DNA of 64,000 bases from Nitrososphaeraceae archaeon (GTDB lineage Archaea; Thermoproteota; Nitrososphaeria; Nitrososphaerales; Nitrososphaeraceae). The stretch lies in assembly GCA_035297365.1 (NCBI GenBank), contig DATGZA010000014.1, positions 64,001 to 128,000 of the forward strand, given 5' to 3'. The notes under the pieces are model-generated. The model was not told the origin of the DNA. It made no database searches and worked only from the letters and a program-made list of their open reading frames with translations. Shown piece by piece: positions 41,019-50,972 of the stretch. The translations under genes and the position numbers were made by a program. Within the stretch, counting starts at the first letter, position 1; each line of letters begins with the position of its first letter.

Positions 41019-42221
41019 ATGTTAATTGGAATTATTGGGAAAGCAAATGTTGGCAAATCAACTTTTTTTAATGCTTTAACAGATCAAGCTGTTACGTCAG
41101 CAAATTATCCTTTTACCACGATTCAACCAAATATAGGGATTAGTTATGTAAGAAAAAAATGTGTTTGTAGAGAATTTGGTGTTCAAGATAATCCGATCCA
41201 CTCAATATGTGTTGATGGGAATAGATTTGTTCCAGTGAAATTAATAGATGTAGCTGGTTTAGTTCCCGGAGCTCATTTAGGAAAAGGACTTGGCAATAAG
41301 TTTCTAGATGATGCAAGACAGGCCGATGCATTAGTTCATGTTGTAGATGCTTCTGGATCGACCGACCCCGAAGGACATATAATAGATATATCCAAGGGAG
41401 ACCCCCTGTACGATATAAAATTTGTAGAAGAAGAATTTGATCGCTGGCTATTTTCTATAGTTAGCAGAGAATGGAATAAGATTTCAAAGGATATGATTAG
41501 GCAAAAAATGAAAATTGAACAGATACTTACAAAAAAATTGTCGGGTTTGTCTATAAAAATGGATAATATTGTAGAATCCTTGATGGAGTTGAATTTAAAG
41601 AACAAGAATCCTGATTTGTGGACAGAAGATGAATTACTATCTTTTGTAAGAATAGTTAGAATGAAATCTAAACCTTTACTTATTGTTGCCAACAAAATGG
41701 ACATAAAATCTTCTATGAAAAATATAATGAAGATTAAAAAAGAAATAGACAGAATAGTAATTCCATGTGCTTCGGAAGCAGAATTAGCTTTAAGAAGAGG
41801 GATGAAAAAGGGACTATGGTATTATTTACCAGGCGATAAGGATTTTCAAATAAAGAAAAAAGACCTCAATGAACAACAACAAAAGGCGATATTGATGATT
41901 AAATCAATATTGATGGAGAATGGGTCTACCGGAGTCCAGAATGCCATCAATACTATATGTTTTGATCTCATGAAGATGATTATTGTTTACCCCGTAGAAG
42001 ATGATGTTAAATTATCAGACAAAAATGGAAACGTACTTCCACATGCGTTACTAATGCCTAAAGGTGCCACTGCAAAGGATCTTGCTCAATCGATACATGC
42101 TGATTTGGCAAAAGGGTTTATGTTTGCAATTGATGTTAGAAATAAACAAAGAATAGCAGCAGATTATAAACTGGAGGATAACGATGTAATTAAAATAGTT
42201 TCATCGACGTCAAGGGGGTAA
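41019..42221 (+). CDS. ychF: YchF/OLA1-family ATPase/GTPase
   Basis: GKANVGKST, NYPFTT, DVAGL, NKMD; C-terminal TGS domain. Confidence 0.93.
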   Translation: MLIGIIGKANVGKSTFFNALTDQAVTSANYPFTTIQPNIGISYVRKKCVCREFGVQDNPIHSICVDGNRFVPVKLIDVAGLVPGAHLGKGLGNKFLDDARQADALVHVVDASGSTDPEGHIIDISKGDPLYDIKFVEEEFDRWLFSIVSREWNKISKDMIRQKMKIEQILTKKLSGLSIKMDNIVESLMELNLKNKNPDLWTEDELLSFVRIVRMKSKPLLIVANKMDIKSSMKNIMKIKKEIDRIVIPCASEAELALRRGMKKGLWYYLPGDKDFQIKKKDLNEQQQKAILMIKSILMENGSTGVQNAINTICFDLMKMIIVYPVEDDVKLSDKNGNVLPHALLMPKGATAKDLAQSIHADLAKGFMFAIDVRNKQRIAADYKLEDNDVIKIVSSTSRG

Positions 42222-43258
42222 TGAAAATGATTTTTAATGATTCAGGTGAAAAACTAGGTTTAGGAATAGAAAGTACTGCTCACACTTTCGGTTGTTCGGT
42301 AATAAAATTTAAGGAACCACAAAAAAAAGGCGAGATTCTTTCTGAGGAAAGGGGTATATATAAAGCACCATCCGGCTCGGGCATTCATCCGAGAGAAGCC
42401 TCAAGACATCACATGAACAAGGCACCAGAAATCTTGAGAAATTGTTTGAAAGAAGCAAAAGTTACTCCTAAAGAACTAGATATCATTTCATATTCTGCCG
42501 GTCCGGGATTGGGACCGTGCCTAAGAGTAGGAGCGGTTGTAGCAAGAACTCTTTCATCGTTTTATAATAAACCATTAATTCCAGTCAACCATGCTTTAGG
42601 ACATATTGAATTAGGAATGATGTTAACTGAATGCAAAGATCCTCTAGTGTTATTGGTTTCTGGAGGCCATACAATGATTTTAGCATTCTCAAATAAGCGA
42701 TGGAGAATTTTCGGAGAAACACTAGATATAACAATTGGACAATTATTAGATCAATTTGGCAGACACATGGGGCTTTCTTCTCCATGTGGAAACAAAATAG
42801 AGGAATTAGCATCGCATTCATCAGGAGAATACATTCAATTACCGTATTCAGTTAAAGGAAATGATGTGTCTTTTTCGGGCCTTTTGACTTCTACGAAATG
42901 CCTTATTACTGAAGGTAAAAATGAATTTGATGTATGTTTTTCCTTGCAAGAAACTGCCTTTGCTATGTTAACAGAAGTAGTTGAAAGAGCATTATCTTTT
43001 ACAGGAAAAAAACAAGTGTTAATAGTAGGAGGTGTCTCGGCAAATAAACGTCTACATGATATGTTGGAACAGTCGTCTGAAAGGCAGAAAGCAGAATTAA
43101 GATCATGTCCTTTAATATACTCAGGTGATAACGGATCACAAATTGCATGGATAGGTTTATGCGAGTATCAGACTAGAGGAAAAAAAACAGATATCAAAAA
43201 ATCTTTTGTTAACCAATCGTGGAGATTGGATTCAGTCGATGTTAATTGGAGAACCTAG
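42221..43258 (+). CDS. kae1: KEOPS subunit Kae1 (t6A synthesis)
   Basis: GIESTAH, GPGLGPCL, NHALGH, VSGGHT, GETLD, DNG. Confidence 0.95.
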   Translation: MKMIFNDSGEKLGLGIESTAHTFGCSVIKFKEPQKKGEILSEERGIYKAPSGSGIHPREASRHHMNKAPEILRNCLKEAKVTPKELDIISYSAGPGLGPCLRVGAVVARTLSSFYNKPLIPVNHALGHIELGMMLTECKDPLVLLVSGGHTMILAFSNKRWRIFGETLDITIGQLLDQFGRHMGLSSPCGNKIEELASHSSGEYIQLPYSVKGNDVSFSGLLTSTKCLITEGKNEFDVCFSLQETAFAMLTEVVERALSFTGKKQVLIVGGVSANKRLHDMLEQSSERQKAELRSCPLIYSGDNGSQIAWIGLCEYQTRGKKTDIKKSFVNQSWRLDSVDVNWRT

Positions 43259-43297
43259 AAATATACACAATAAACTAAAAAACAGTTTTATAATTTT

Positions 43298-43651
43298 CTA
43301 ATATAGTTTATTAGATTTAACTTTTTCAATCTCTTTTGTCCATTTAGAATTACTGAAAACTCCGAATTTATATATCTCATTTTTTAAGGTGGTAATTACT
43401 ACCTTTTTTATGATGAATCCTTCAGCGCTGCAATCAGCAATTTGATCAAGAGGTAAATCTAAAAGTAATTCGCCCGTTTGTTTTGAAAGGGTTGCAAGGG
43501 TACCTTCAGTTTTTTCAAAAATAATTCGATGATTTGTAAGCGTAAGTATTCCGTTTTTTAGCCTATCTTCAGCACAGTCTTCTTGAAGAAGTAATTTCTC
43601 TCCTTTTCTAGGTTTTACAGAACTCACGTTTTTATTATATAGAATATGCAT
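43298..43651 (-). CDS. Small PH/GRAM-like protein
   Basis: GILTLTNHRIIF...LPLDQI...KW pattern; true start probably GTG near 43627. Confidence 0.6.
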   Translation of the reverse strand: MHILYNKNVSSVKPRKGEKLLLQEDCAEDRLKNGILTLTNHRIIFEKTEGTLATLSKQTGELLLDLPLDQIADCSAEGFIIKKVVITTLKNEIYKFGVFSNSKWTKEIEKVKSNKLY

Positions 43652-44275
43652 ATATTATCATTGCATCGAAAACTCATTAAGAAAGGAGCAGAAGCCGATA
43701 TTTTTTTAATAGCATGGTACGGAAGAAAGGCGATTTCAAAAATTAGAAATCCAAAGCAATATAGGAACAAATATCTTGACGAAAATATAAGAAAAAAAAG
43801 AACATTACATGAAGCCAATATGATAAGTGCAGTTAAGACCGTAGATATAAAAACTCCATCTTTGTTATTTTTGGATCCATTAAAAGCTGAAATAATAATG
43901 GAATACATAGATGGATATAATGTCAAGGATATAATGTCAAGTCAATTGGCTTTAGATATGGGAAAATATACATCCTTATTACATAATAATAACATTGTAC
44001 ACGGTGATTTAACTACTTCAAATTTTATAAGATCTGGTAACGATCTTGTAATTATAGATTTTGGATTATCTTTTTTTTCTGAGAGGATTGAAGATAGAGC
44101 GGTTGACTTTCGATTAATTAAAGAGATTTTGAGTAGTGCACATATAGAAATATTCGATCAGGCATATCAGAATTTCATAACAGGATATTCCAACAATACA
44201 AATAACAATATGAAAAAAATATTACGAGTAGTCAGTGAAATAGAGAAAAGAGGAAGATACGCAAGAATAAGTTAG
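43646..44275 (+). CDS. bud32: KEOPS kinase Bud32
   Basis: KKGAEA, RTLHEA, HGDLTTSN, IDFGL, RGRY. Confidence 0.93.
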   Translation: MHILSLHRKLIKKGAEADIFLIAWYGRKAISKIRNPKQYRNKYLDENIRKKRTLHEANMISAVKTVDIKTPSLLFLDPLKAEIIMEYIDGYNVKDIMSSQLALDMGKYTSLLHNNNIVHGDLTTSNFIRSGNDLVIIDFGLSFFSERIEDRAVDFRLIKEILSSAHIEIFDQAYQNFITGYSNNTNNNMKKILRVVSEIEKRGRYARIS

Positions 44276-44488
44276 ATAAAATAGTTAAAATTAGAATTAC
44301 TAGAAAATCAGAAATTAATAGTATCATGTTACCTAACATAGGTTGGTTTACAATTTGTTTAATGCAATATGTATTATGTTCTTGGAATCGTTATTTTTTA
44401 CATAATAAAGATTTACGAATTTATGTTAATCTGCATATATTAAATACCATTTGAAAATATTTTTATTTATAATATTTATAGATAGAAT

Positions 44489-45061
44489 ATGATTAATTCA
44501 CTGTTTTTTGTTACAAGTAATTCAAATAAATTTTTGGAAGTTGAATCAATTTTAAAAAAAAGATTAAATTCGACAAAATTGCGATTTTATAAGTATCATA
44601 TTATAGAAATACAATCTGATGATATCGAAATGATTGCTTTAGAAAAAGCTAGACATGCTTATGATATGGTTAAACAGCCAACAATAATAGAAGATGACGG
44701 ATTGTTTATTAAATCTTTAAACGGCTTTCCTGGCCAATATTCGTCATATAGTTTTGCTACAATAGGAAATAGAGGAATCATGAAACTAATGAAGGGAGAA
44801 TCTGATCGATCTGCTTTTTTTAGATCCATTTTTGTGTATAATGATGGAAGTGAAATAGAACTTTTTTCTGGGCAAATTTGTGGAAAAATCTCTACACGAC
44901 TTTGTAGGGGAGGATGGGGATTTGATCCTATTTTTATTCCCGAAAAATCAAATATGTCATTGGGCAGATTATACATTATAAACAAAAAAAACATGTTTTC
45001 GCATAGAAGATTAACTTTAGAGAAATTTATATCATGGTATAACGGAAAATATGGACAATAG
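44489..45061 (+). CDS. rdgB: Non-canonical purine NTP pyrophosphatase (RdgB/HAM1)
   Basis: TSN.NK, EDDGL, GFPG, GFDPIF, SHR. Confidence 0.93.
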   Translation: MINSLFFVTSNSNKFLEVESILKKRLNSTKLRFYKYHIIEIQSDDIEMIALEKARHAYDMVKQPTIIEDDGLFIKSLNGFPGQYSSYSFATIGNRGIMKLMKGESDRSAFFRSIFVYNDGSEIELFSGQICGKISTRLCRGGWGFDPIFIPEKSNMSLGRLYIINKKNMFSHRRLTLEKFISWYNGKYGQ

Positions 45062-45345
45062 AGTATAAAATATTTTGAATTTATCATTTTATCATTACAT
45101 TAAATTATTTGCTTACAGAACATTTTGACTTCAAACTTTATTATCTTGAATTGATTTTACAATGTAATGTAAATTTACAAGGAAATTTTTATAAGAAATC
45201 ATAAAGTCATTTGTATAATTTATTTCTTTTATGCAAAAAGAATAATAGTTATAAAAGTAACTTTATTTTTAATATTTAATGAAGATATTGTTCTATTTAA
45301 TAGTATCACATCTGTTATATTAATTATAAACTTTATAAGTTAAGG

Positions 45346-45639
45346 ATGAAAAACCGCAGCCGATACGAGGTTATTGCAGCTATATTGTCATCATGTATAA
45401 AGATGGAAACTCGAACAAAAATTATGTACAAAGCTATGCTTAGTAACGATCAATGTAAGCTATATATTCAATTTTTATTAAAATGTGGTTTAATTAACGA
45501 GGTTTTAAACGGTGAGAAAAGATATTATACTATTACTGAAAGCGGGAATAAATTTCTGGTTAATTTTGAAAAATTGAAAGAAATGCTCCCAAGCATCATG
45601 GAGGGAGAGATAGAAGAACATTATAATTTAACGATCTAA
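45346..45639 (+). CDS. Winged-helix transcriptional regulator
   Basis: RSRYEVIAAIL..TKIMYKAMLS..YTITESG. Confidence 0.85.
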   Translation: MKNRSRYEVIAAILSSCIKMETRTKIMYKAMLSNDQCKLYIQFLLKCGLINEVLNGEKRYYTITESGNKFLVNFEKLKEMLPSIMEGEIEEHYNLTI

Positions 45640-45709
45640 GATAAATTTTATTATATTTTGAAAATTAAGTATAGAATGTATTCCACATATTTAAAAACAC
45701 TAATTCATA

Positions 45710-46360
45710 TATTTTACCACATATTTTGCAAAATCCAGTTTGAATCTTGTAGTTCTGTGGTAACACAATTAGCGTCTTTCAGATCATCAAACATAGAATG
45801 ATAAAAACAAGGAAGTATTTTGGATTTTACTTGCTTTGAGCATCTTCTGCAACAAATAATTCTTCTTATCCTACTGGAAAATATTCCATTTTTGAGGGAA
45901 TGTTTTTTGTATCAAGAAACTTTCCAGTGGTTTAAGAAAGTGGTTTGTTCTATTTACAAAAGGTACAAATTACAAAATCTTTCTATGGGTACCCATTTCA
46001 GGTACTCGAAAAACTCTTGCTGTTAAATTTATTATATTGTCGAAATAACTGTTTCCTATATATTAATAGACTACTAAAAACAATTGTTCTTGTGGGACAT
46101 CCTGTAACCGCTACAACAGATCTTTGTTTCTTTCTTCTGACTAATAAGTGTGTACAAATATGGATTCGTCCTGTATAACGATATTAATGCAGTCTGATTT
46201 TAAACTAATGATGTAATTTACTCTTTTTTGAACTTCCTTTTGTTCTTTACTTAGAAAGCATTGGTAAATCATTACGTAGTTTTTTTGAAGTAAAACCTTA
46301 CTTATGTAATAATCCAGATATCTATACCTAATCAGGATATTTATAATATTTTTTGTCAAG
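45710..46360 (-). mobile_element. Decayed IS630-family transposase
   Basis: Interrupted frames read IVIQDESIF (first D), VAVTG..RTIVF..KQLFRQYNKFNSKSF, FVPFVNR, MEYFPVG*EELFVAE, YHRTTRFKLD; many stops and frameshifts; ends approximate. Confidence 0.7.
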
Positions 46361-46399
46361 TAATTTAAAGTTAATTTTCGCTTTCTAAGTCATCTTTTT

Positions 46400-46960
46400 T
46401 AATCTTTTTGGTATCATTAGATATTAAAAAGTTCTATTCTAATACGTTTATACAATAGAATACATTCATTCTGAATATAATGATAGGATTCATCAAAATT
46501 CTCGTTTCTATCATTGAGATATTGACTGACTCATTTCATCAAACTTTTATGGAATATGAAATAATAAACAATTATTGAATTCAATCAAATTACATGCTCA
46601 ATAATACAATGTGTCAACGCCAACATCTATAATATCTTGTCGATAGTTTGATAGAAGGGACATGACAAAATTTTCCGCATCAACGATTTTTCCCCTTATA
46701 TTCAAAGGACTTTCTTATTGAATGGCTTCATATTAAACCAAAACACAACCAATAATGATCAACAATAAATATATCTCTTAAGAGATTCTTCTTTTTTCAA
46801 TGGTGTGAGGCGATACAAATCGCTCTCAATTTTCCTACATGATCTCTTTTTCATTTCTAAAGGTTGTTAAAGCTTTGATGGTATTGCTTAAACTTAGGCA
46901 AGGGCAAGTATAATTATACATTTCTTAACTGTGTACGTTGTATTCTAAATTCAATGACTA
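46400..46960 (-). mobile_element. Decayed IS6-family transposase
   Basis: Fragments LSLSNTIKAL, HYWL, AENFVMSL..Y, YY*ACN, QYLNDRNENFDESY resemble archaeal IS6 DDE motifs; ends approximate. Confidence 0.6.
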
Positions 46961-47100
46961 TAGATAAATAGCATGACCACATCTTAAAACGATTTGGTCA
47001 AATTAACAGAACTTTTCTAAGAATACGAATATTGTACAAAACTTGTTTCATCGTAAATAGAGTTCATATTAGGGAACGAGAATCATATGTTTTGTTATTA

Positions 47101-47346
47101 ATGAATTATAGTGGAAGAGGATATGGTAGAGGCGGAGACAACAGAAGGACATTTGGCTCAAGTCCAAAACCAGTCGAAATGGGAAAAGAATACGAAGTGG
47201 AAATATCAGAAATAAGTAATAAGGGAGATGGAATTGCCAGAATACAAGGATTTGTAATCTTTGTTGTTGGAGGAAAAGTTGGGCAGAATGTGAAGATAAG
47301 AATCACCAGTATCGGAGAAAGATTCGCAAAAGCAGAAGTTGTATGA
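47101..47346 (+). CDS. Single-TRAM-domain RNA chaperone
   Basis: Gly/Arg-rich N-terminus, PKPVEMGKEYEVEI..KGDGIARIQGFVIFV; start at ATG 47101. Confidence 0.92.
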   Translation: MNYSGRGYGRGGDNRRTFGSSPKPVEMGKEYEVEISEISNKGDGIARIQGFVIFVVGGKVGQNVKIRITSIGERFAKAEVV

Positions 47347-47407
47347 ACGCAAATCATTTTATATAAAACTTACTGTCGCTACAACAAGTTTTTAGAAAAT
47401 AAACAGA

Positions 47408-47569
47408 TCATTTTTTACTTGACCTGTAATATTTTTTATCTGGTTTAAATGCCTTACAAGTACAATTGCCAATAAGACACTTCATTTTGTCCTTTGAAGT
47501 CCTATCATGATCAACTTTTTGGTGTTCACATCTCAAACACTTAACATATAAGTCCAACTCATTGTCCAA
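47408..47569 (-). CDS. 53-aa Cys/His Zn-binding microprotein
   Basis: TTG start; ...KCLRCEHQKVDH...KCLIGNCTCKAF...RSSKK*. Confidence 0.55.
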   Translation of the reverse strand: MDNELDLYVKCLRCEHQKVDHDRTSKDKMKCLIGNCTCKAFKPDKKYYRSSKK

Positions 47570-48117
47570 ACGGATTTACCATATTATTTAGCAGAATTAA
47601 CGCATATAAATTCTATATTATGAAGAGATAATAAACGTTCAGGCGCGACACTATAATCGAATAAACAGAAAATTTAACAATAAATACGATAAAAATTTGA
47701 TAATAATTCGACTGGTGGGTATTAAAAAACTATATTAAGAAACAAAATATTTAATTCAGTAAGATATTAAAAAAATGCTGATCTTATACCTTATGGCTAG
47801 CAAAATCGCCGATAAATTGTTAGAATATACTCTTGTAGTTGGTATTTTAAATCTGTAATTTATGGAAAATACTAGTGCTTTTGACACGAAGAAATTCAAA
47901 AATTTAAGCATTAATTATAGTATGGAGCATTATTATCTTGTAAAGGCATAATTTTTACAATGTCTAGGAGAAACTGGTCGGTGTATAATGATTGCATAGA
48001 ACGTAGACACGACTTGATCCATGCTTCTGTGCTAAACATGATGAGTTTATCTTTACTAGGTTTGTTCAAACTAATTTAAATAATTCTCTAAAATGGCGGA
48101 TATCAAATCATCTACAT

Positions 48118-48762
48118 TCAGTGGTTATTATTATTGAATTTAAATTCATCTACTATCTGAATAAGATTATTAATTGATTCAAATCTACCTATTTCATTAA
48201 GAGAATGAGCATCGCTCCCCAAATGAAATTTCACGCCCTTTTTTAAAAATATTCTTATCCATTTCTCAGGAGGTCTACGATATTTTGCATTTAACTCTAC
48301 AATTTTGTTGTTTTCGTTTATGAGCTTGCCTATCTCTTCTATTTCATGATCGTATATTTCAAAATAATTTTCTGGAGCCAAATGTCCTATTACATCAACA
48401 TGCTCATTTTTAATAGTTTTTTTGAGGAGATCTAACCATTTATTTTTATCTTGAAATGTTGTATGAAAACTTGCAATAATAAAAAATTTTCTTGCAATAT
48501 TTTCATTGCAGTCTATATTTCCATCAGATAAAATTTTTGCCTCAAATCCGATTATTATTTCAATTTTATTTTTTTTTTTATATTGTTCTATGTCTTTAAT
48601 GTAATCATTAATCCATTCAGAGGACCTTCTTACATGTTCTGTAAATGCAATACATTCTAATCCTATTTTCTCCGCCTCTTCAATAGCATTTTTTATTGTT
48701 AAATTAAGATCTGAGTGATCATTATAATTTGCATGGATATGAAAATCTTGTCTAATGTTCAT
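48118..48762 (-). CDS. PHP-domain phosphoesterase
   Basis: DFHIH, FTEH, GFEA, ASFH, IGH, GSDAH. Confidence 0.9.
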   Translation of the reverse strand: MNIRQDFHIHANYNDHSDLNLTIKNAIEEAEKIGLECIAFTEHVRRSSEWINDYIKDIEQYKKKNKIEIIIGFEAKILSDGNIDCNENIARKFFIIASFHTTFQDKNKWLDLLKKTIKNEHVDVIGHLAPENYFEIYDHEIEEIGKLINENNKIVELNAKYRRPPEKWIRIFLKKGVKFHLGSDAHSLNEIGRFESINNLIQIVDEFKFNNNNH

Positions 48763-48907
48763 ACAAACAATTAAATAATTATTTTATAAAAATCTATAAT
48801 ATAACAAAAATCCTAAAATTTTTTATGTAAATATTCGATTGATTACAAATATGCAACATATATAATTAAACGAACATGTAATTTAATTATTACGTATCAA
48901 TTTAAAT

Positions 48908-49846
48908 TTGGTGATGATAAATTTTAATGTGCTGGTTCCAGGTGCTGGTGGGCCTGCAGCAATAAATACAATAAAATCTTTAAGATTATCTAAATTTGAT
49001 GGACAGATAGTCTCAACAGACTCCGATCCACTTTCAGCTGGTTTTTTCCTTAGTGATTCATATTATGTTGTTCCTATTGTAAGCGACAAATCATTTATAG
49101 ATGTATTGATAAAAATTATTAAAAAAAATAATATTAAAGTTTTGATGCCTTCATCAGGATATGATATCTATCAATATAGTATTCATAATCAGTTATTATC
49201 TGAAATGGGTGTGAAAGCAGTAGTAAGCAGGAAAGAAGTTTTAGATGTCTGCCAAGATAAATTATTATCATTTAAAAAACTCTCAAATAGATTCCCATTT
49301 GCTTTTTCAACACTTTACTTTGAGCAAATTGATAAATTTCCTGTTATAGCTAAACCTCGCTTTGGAAAGGGTAGTAAAGATATTATCAAAATCGAAGATC
49401 TCACTGATTTAAAATATGTAACTACAAAATATAACAATATGATATTTCAAGAATATCTTCCGGGAGTTGAATATTCAGTTGACGTTCTTTCGGATCTAAA
49501 TGAAAATCCTCTTATTGCCATTCCAAGAATACGGATTCAAACAAAAGCAGGAATCTCTGTCAAAGGTAAAATCAACAGAAATCAATCTATTGAGAATTTG
49601 TGTATGGATTTGGCAAAACATCTTGGAATTAAAGGTCCGTGTGTTATACAATTAAAACAATCTGAATCCGGAGAATTGAAAATAATTGAAATTAATCCCA
49701 GATTTGGTGGAGGTACTTTTTTTTCTACACTTGCTGGAATTAATTTTCCTGCTTTAATTTTAGATATGGTTTGTAATAAAGAAATAGTACTTCCAGAGGT
49801 CTCAGAAATTACGATTCTGAGATACTATGAAGAAGTAGTAATCTAG
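48908..49846 (+). CDS. ATP-grasp protein (CarB-like, polysaccharide-locus type)
   Basis: GAGG, CQDK, KPRFGKGSK, QEYLPG.EYSVD, IEINPRFGGG. Confidence 0.88.
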   Translation: MVMINFNVLVPGAGGPAAINTIKSLRLSKFDGQIVSTDSDPLSAGFFLSDSYYVVPIVSDKSFIDVLIKIIKKNNIKVLMPSSGYDIYQYSIHNQLLSEMGVKAVVSRKEVLDVCQDKLLSFKKLSNRFPFAFSTLYFEQIDKFPVIAKPRFGKGSKDIIKIEDLTDLKYVTTKYNNMIFQEYLPGVEYSVDVLSDLNENPLIAIPRIRIQTKAGISVKGKINRNQSIENLCMDLAKHLGIKGPCVIQLKQSESGELKIIEINPRFGGGTFFSTLAGINFPALILDMVCNKEIVLPEVSEITILRYYEEVVI

Positions 49847-49859
49847 ATAACATAATTTC

Positions 49860-50690
49860 GCTAATCTATTAATCTCGTTACATATCTTGCAGTATTTCCA
49901 TGATATCATATATCTCTGTAATTACTATGAATGAATATTCAAATCATCAAACGAAATATGACGACAACAAAGTATTTGGTGCTTGCCTTGACTCCAGCAA
50001 TTCTCTAGGTTATTAAAACCTGGTGAACTAACAAGAAAGTATTCTATTCTGATATTATATTTAATTATTTTATCTCAAAATGGTTTCCAGTGATTTTGGA
50101 ACAATGACGAATTGCCCTATCAACAAACATGGTAAATTTACCTGATCTTTTTTTTACATGGTTTAGACAATCAACAATTGTAATAATGGTGAACTTATTA
50201 TATTGTCCAATTAGATGAATATCCCTTAAGAAGTAGACACCCAAACAAAGTTGTTCTTTTGCATGAATCTGCAACTGTTACAGAAGGTATTTAATTGTTA
50301 GAAATACACTTCTTCATTCTTGTCAAATAGTGCTATACAAAGATAGATGACATCGTACTGCCGTTTTCTTGTAAATCAGATTGATTACTTGTTTGAATCG
50401 GATCCTCTCTTATTGTCTTCTAATTCCCGTCATATTTTTAACATTGTAGCCTTTACATCCTTATATCTACCAATTCATGTTTTATCTTTTACTCCATCTA
50501 GTCCTCTTTATGAAATTTATATAATGATTTATCCGTCCACGAACTCGATTTGTTTAATCGATTTTCTGTAACTGAGATGCTTCTAGCTTGTCTACTTCAA
50601 AACTTGTTACATACAGCTTACTTTCTTCTATACTTGTATCTTCTCTATAATTATTATCTAGTATAACTCTAATTGAGACAATAAAACACA
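49860..50690 (-). mobile_element. Decayed IS630-family transposase (HTH + DDE remnants)
   Basis: Fragments EGLDGVKDK, QVINLIYKKT.VR, QYNKF..GKFTMFVDRAIRH.SK, IEYF..SPGFNNLENCWSQGK; ends approximate. Confidence 0.72.
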
Positions 50691-50972
50691 CCGTAAATTA
50701 GGAAACTAAATTAGTTACGCTAAAAACTAGATACTAGTATGATTCTTTATGTTAACTATTGCTTTATTCCGGGACTCAGAAATCGATAAGATGAACTAAA
50801 TTTTTGACACGAACAAATTAACAAAAATTTTTTCTTATATAAAAATGGATTTATCTTTTCAAAATTAATGAAAAACATAGTTGCGAAACAAAACAATAAT
50901 TATTATAGTTTATTGATCTCAGAATATCAATAAATCAAACAGATTTTTATAGAGTTTGTAAGAATATGTATT

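Noticed and set aside
43646-43651. Two opposite ORFs both starting MHIL
   Set aside because: Artefact of the palindromic ATGCAT context; the true starts are probably downstream on each strand
45820-46359. ORFs 45820-46026, 45945-46178 and 46141-46359 as genes, and an initial impression of a glycosyltransferase relic
   Set aside because: Better explained as IS630/IS6 transposase debris and its antisense
47600-48110. Possible pseudogene
   Set aside because: Stop-riddled frames with no family recognised
50065-50571. ORFs 50065-50274 and 50347-50571 (and likewise 55994-56197)
   Set aside because: Fragments or antisense of decayed IS elements
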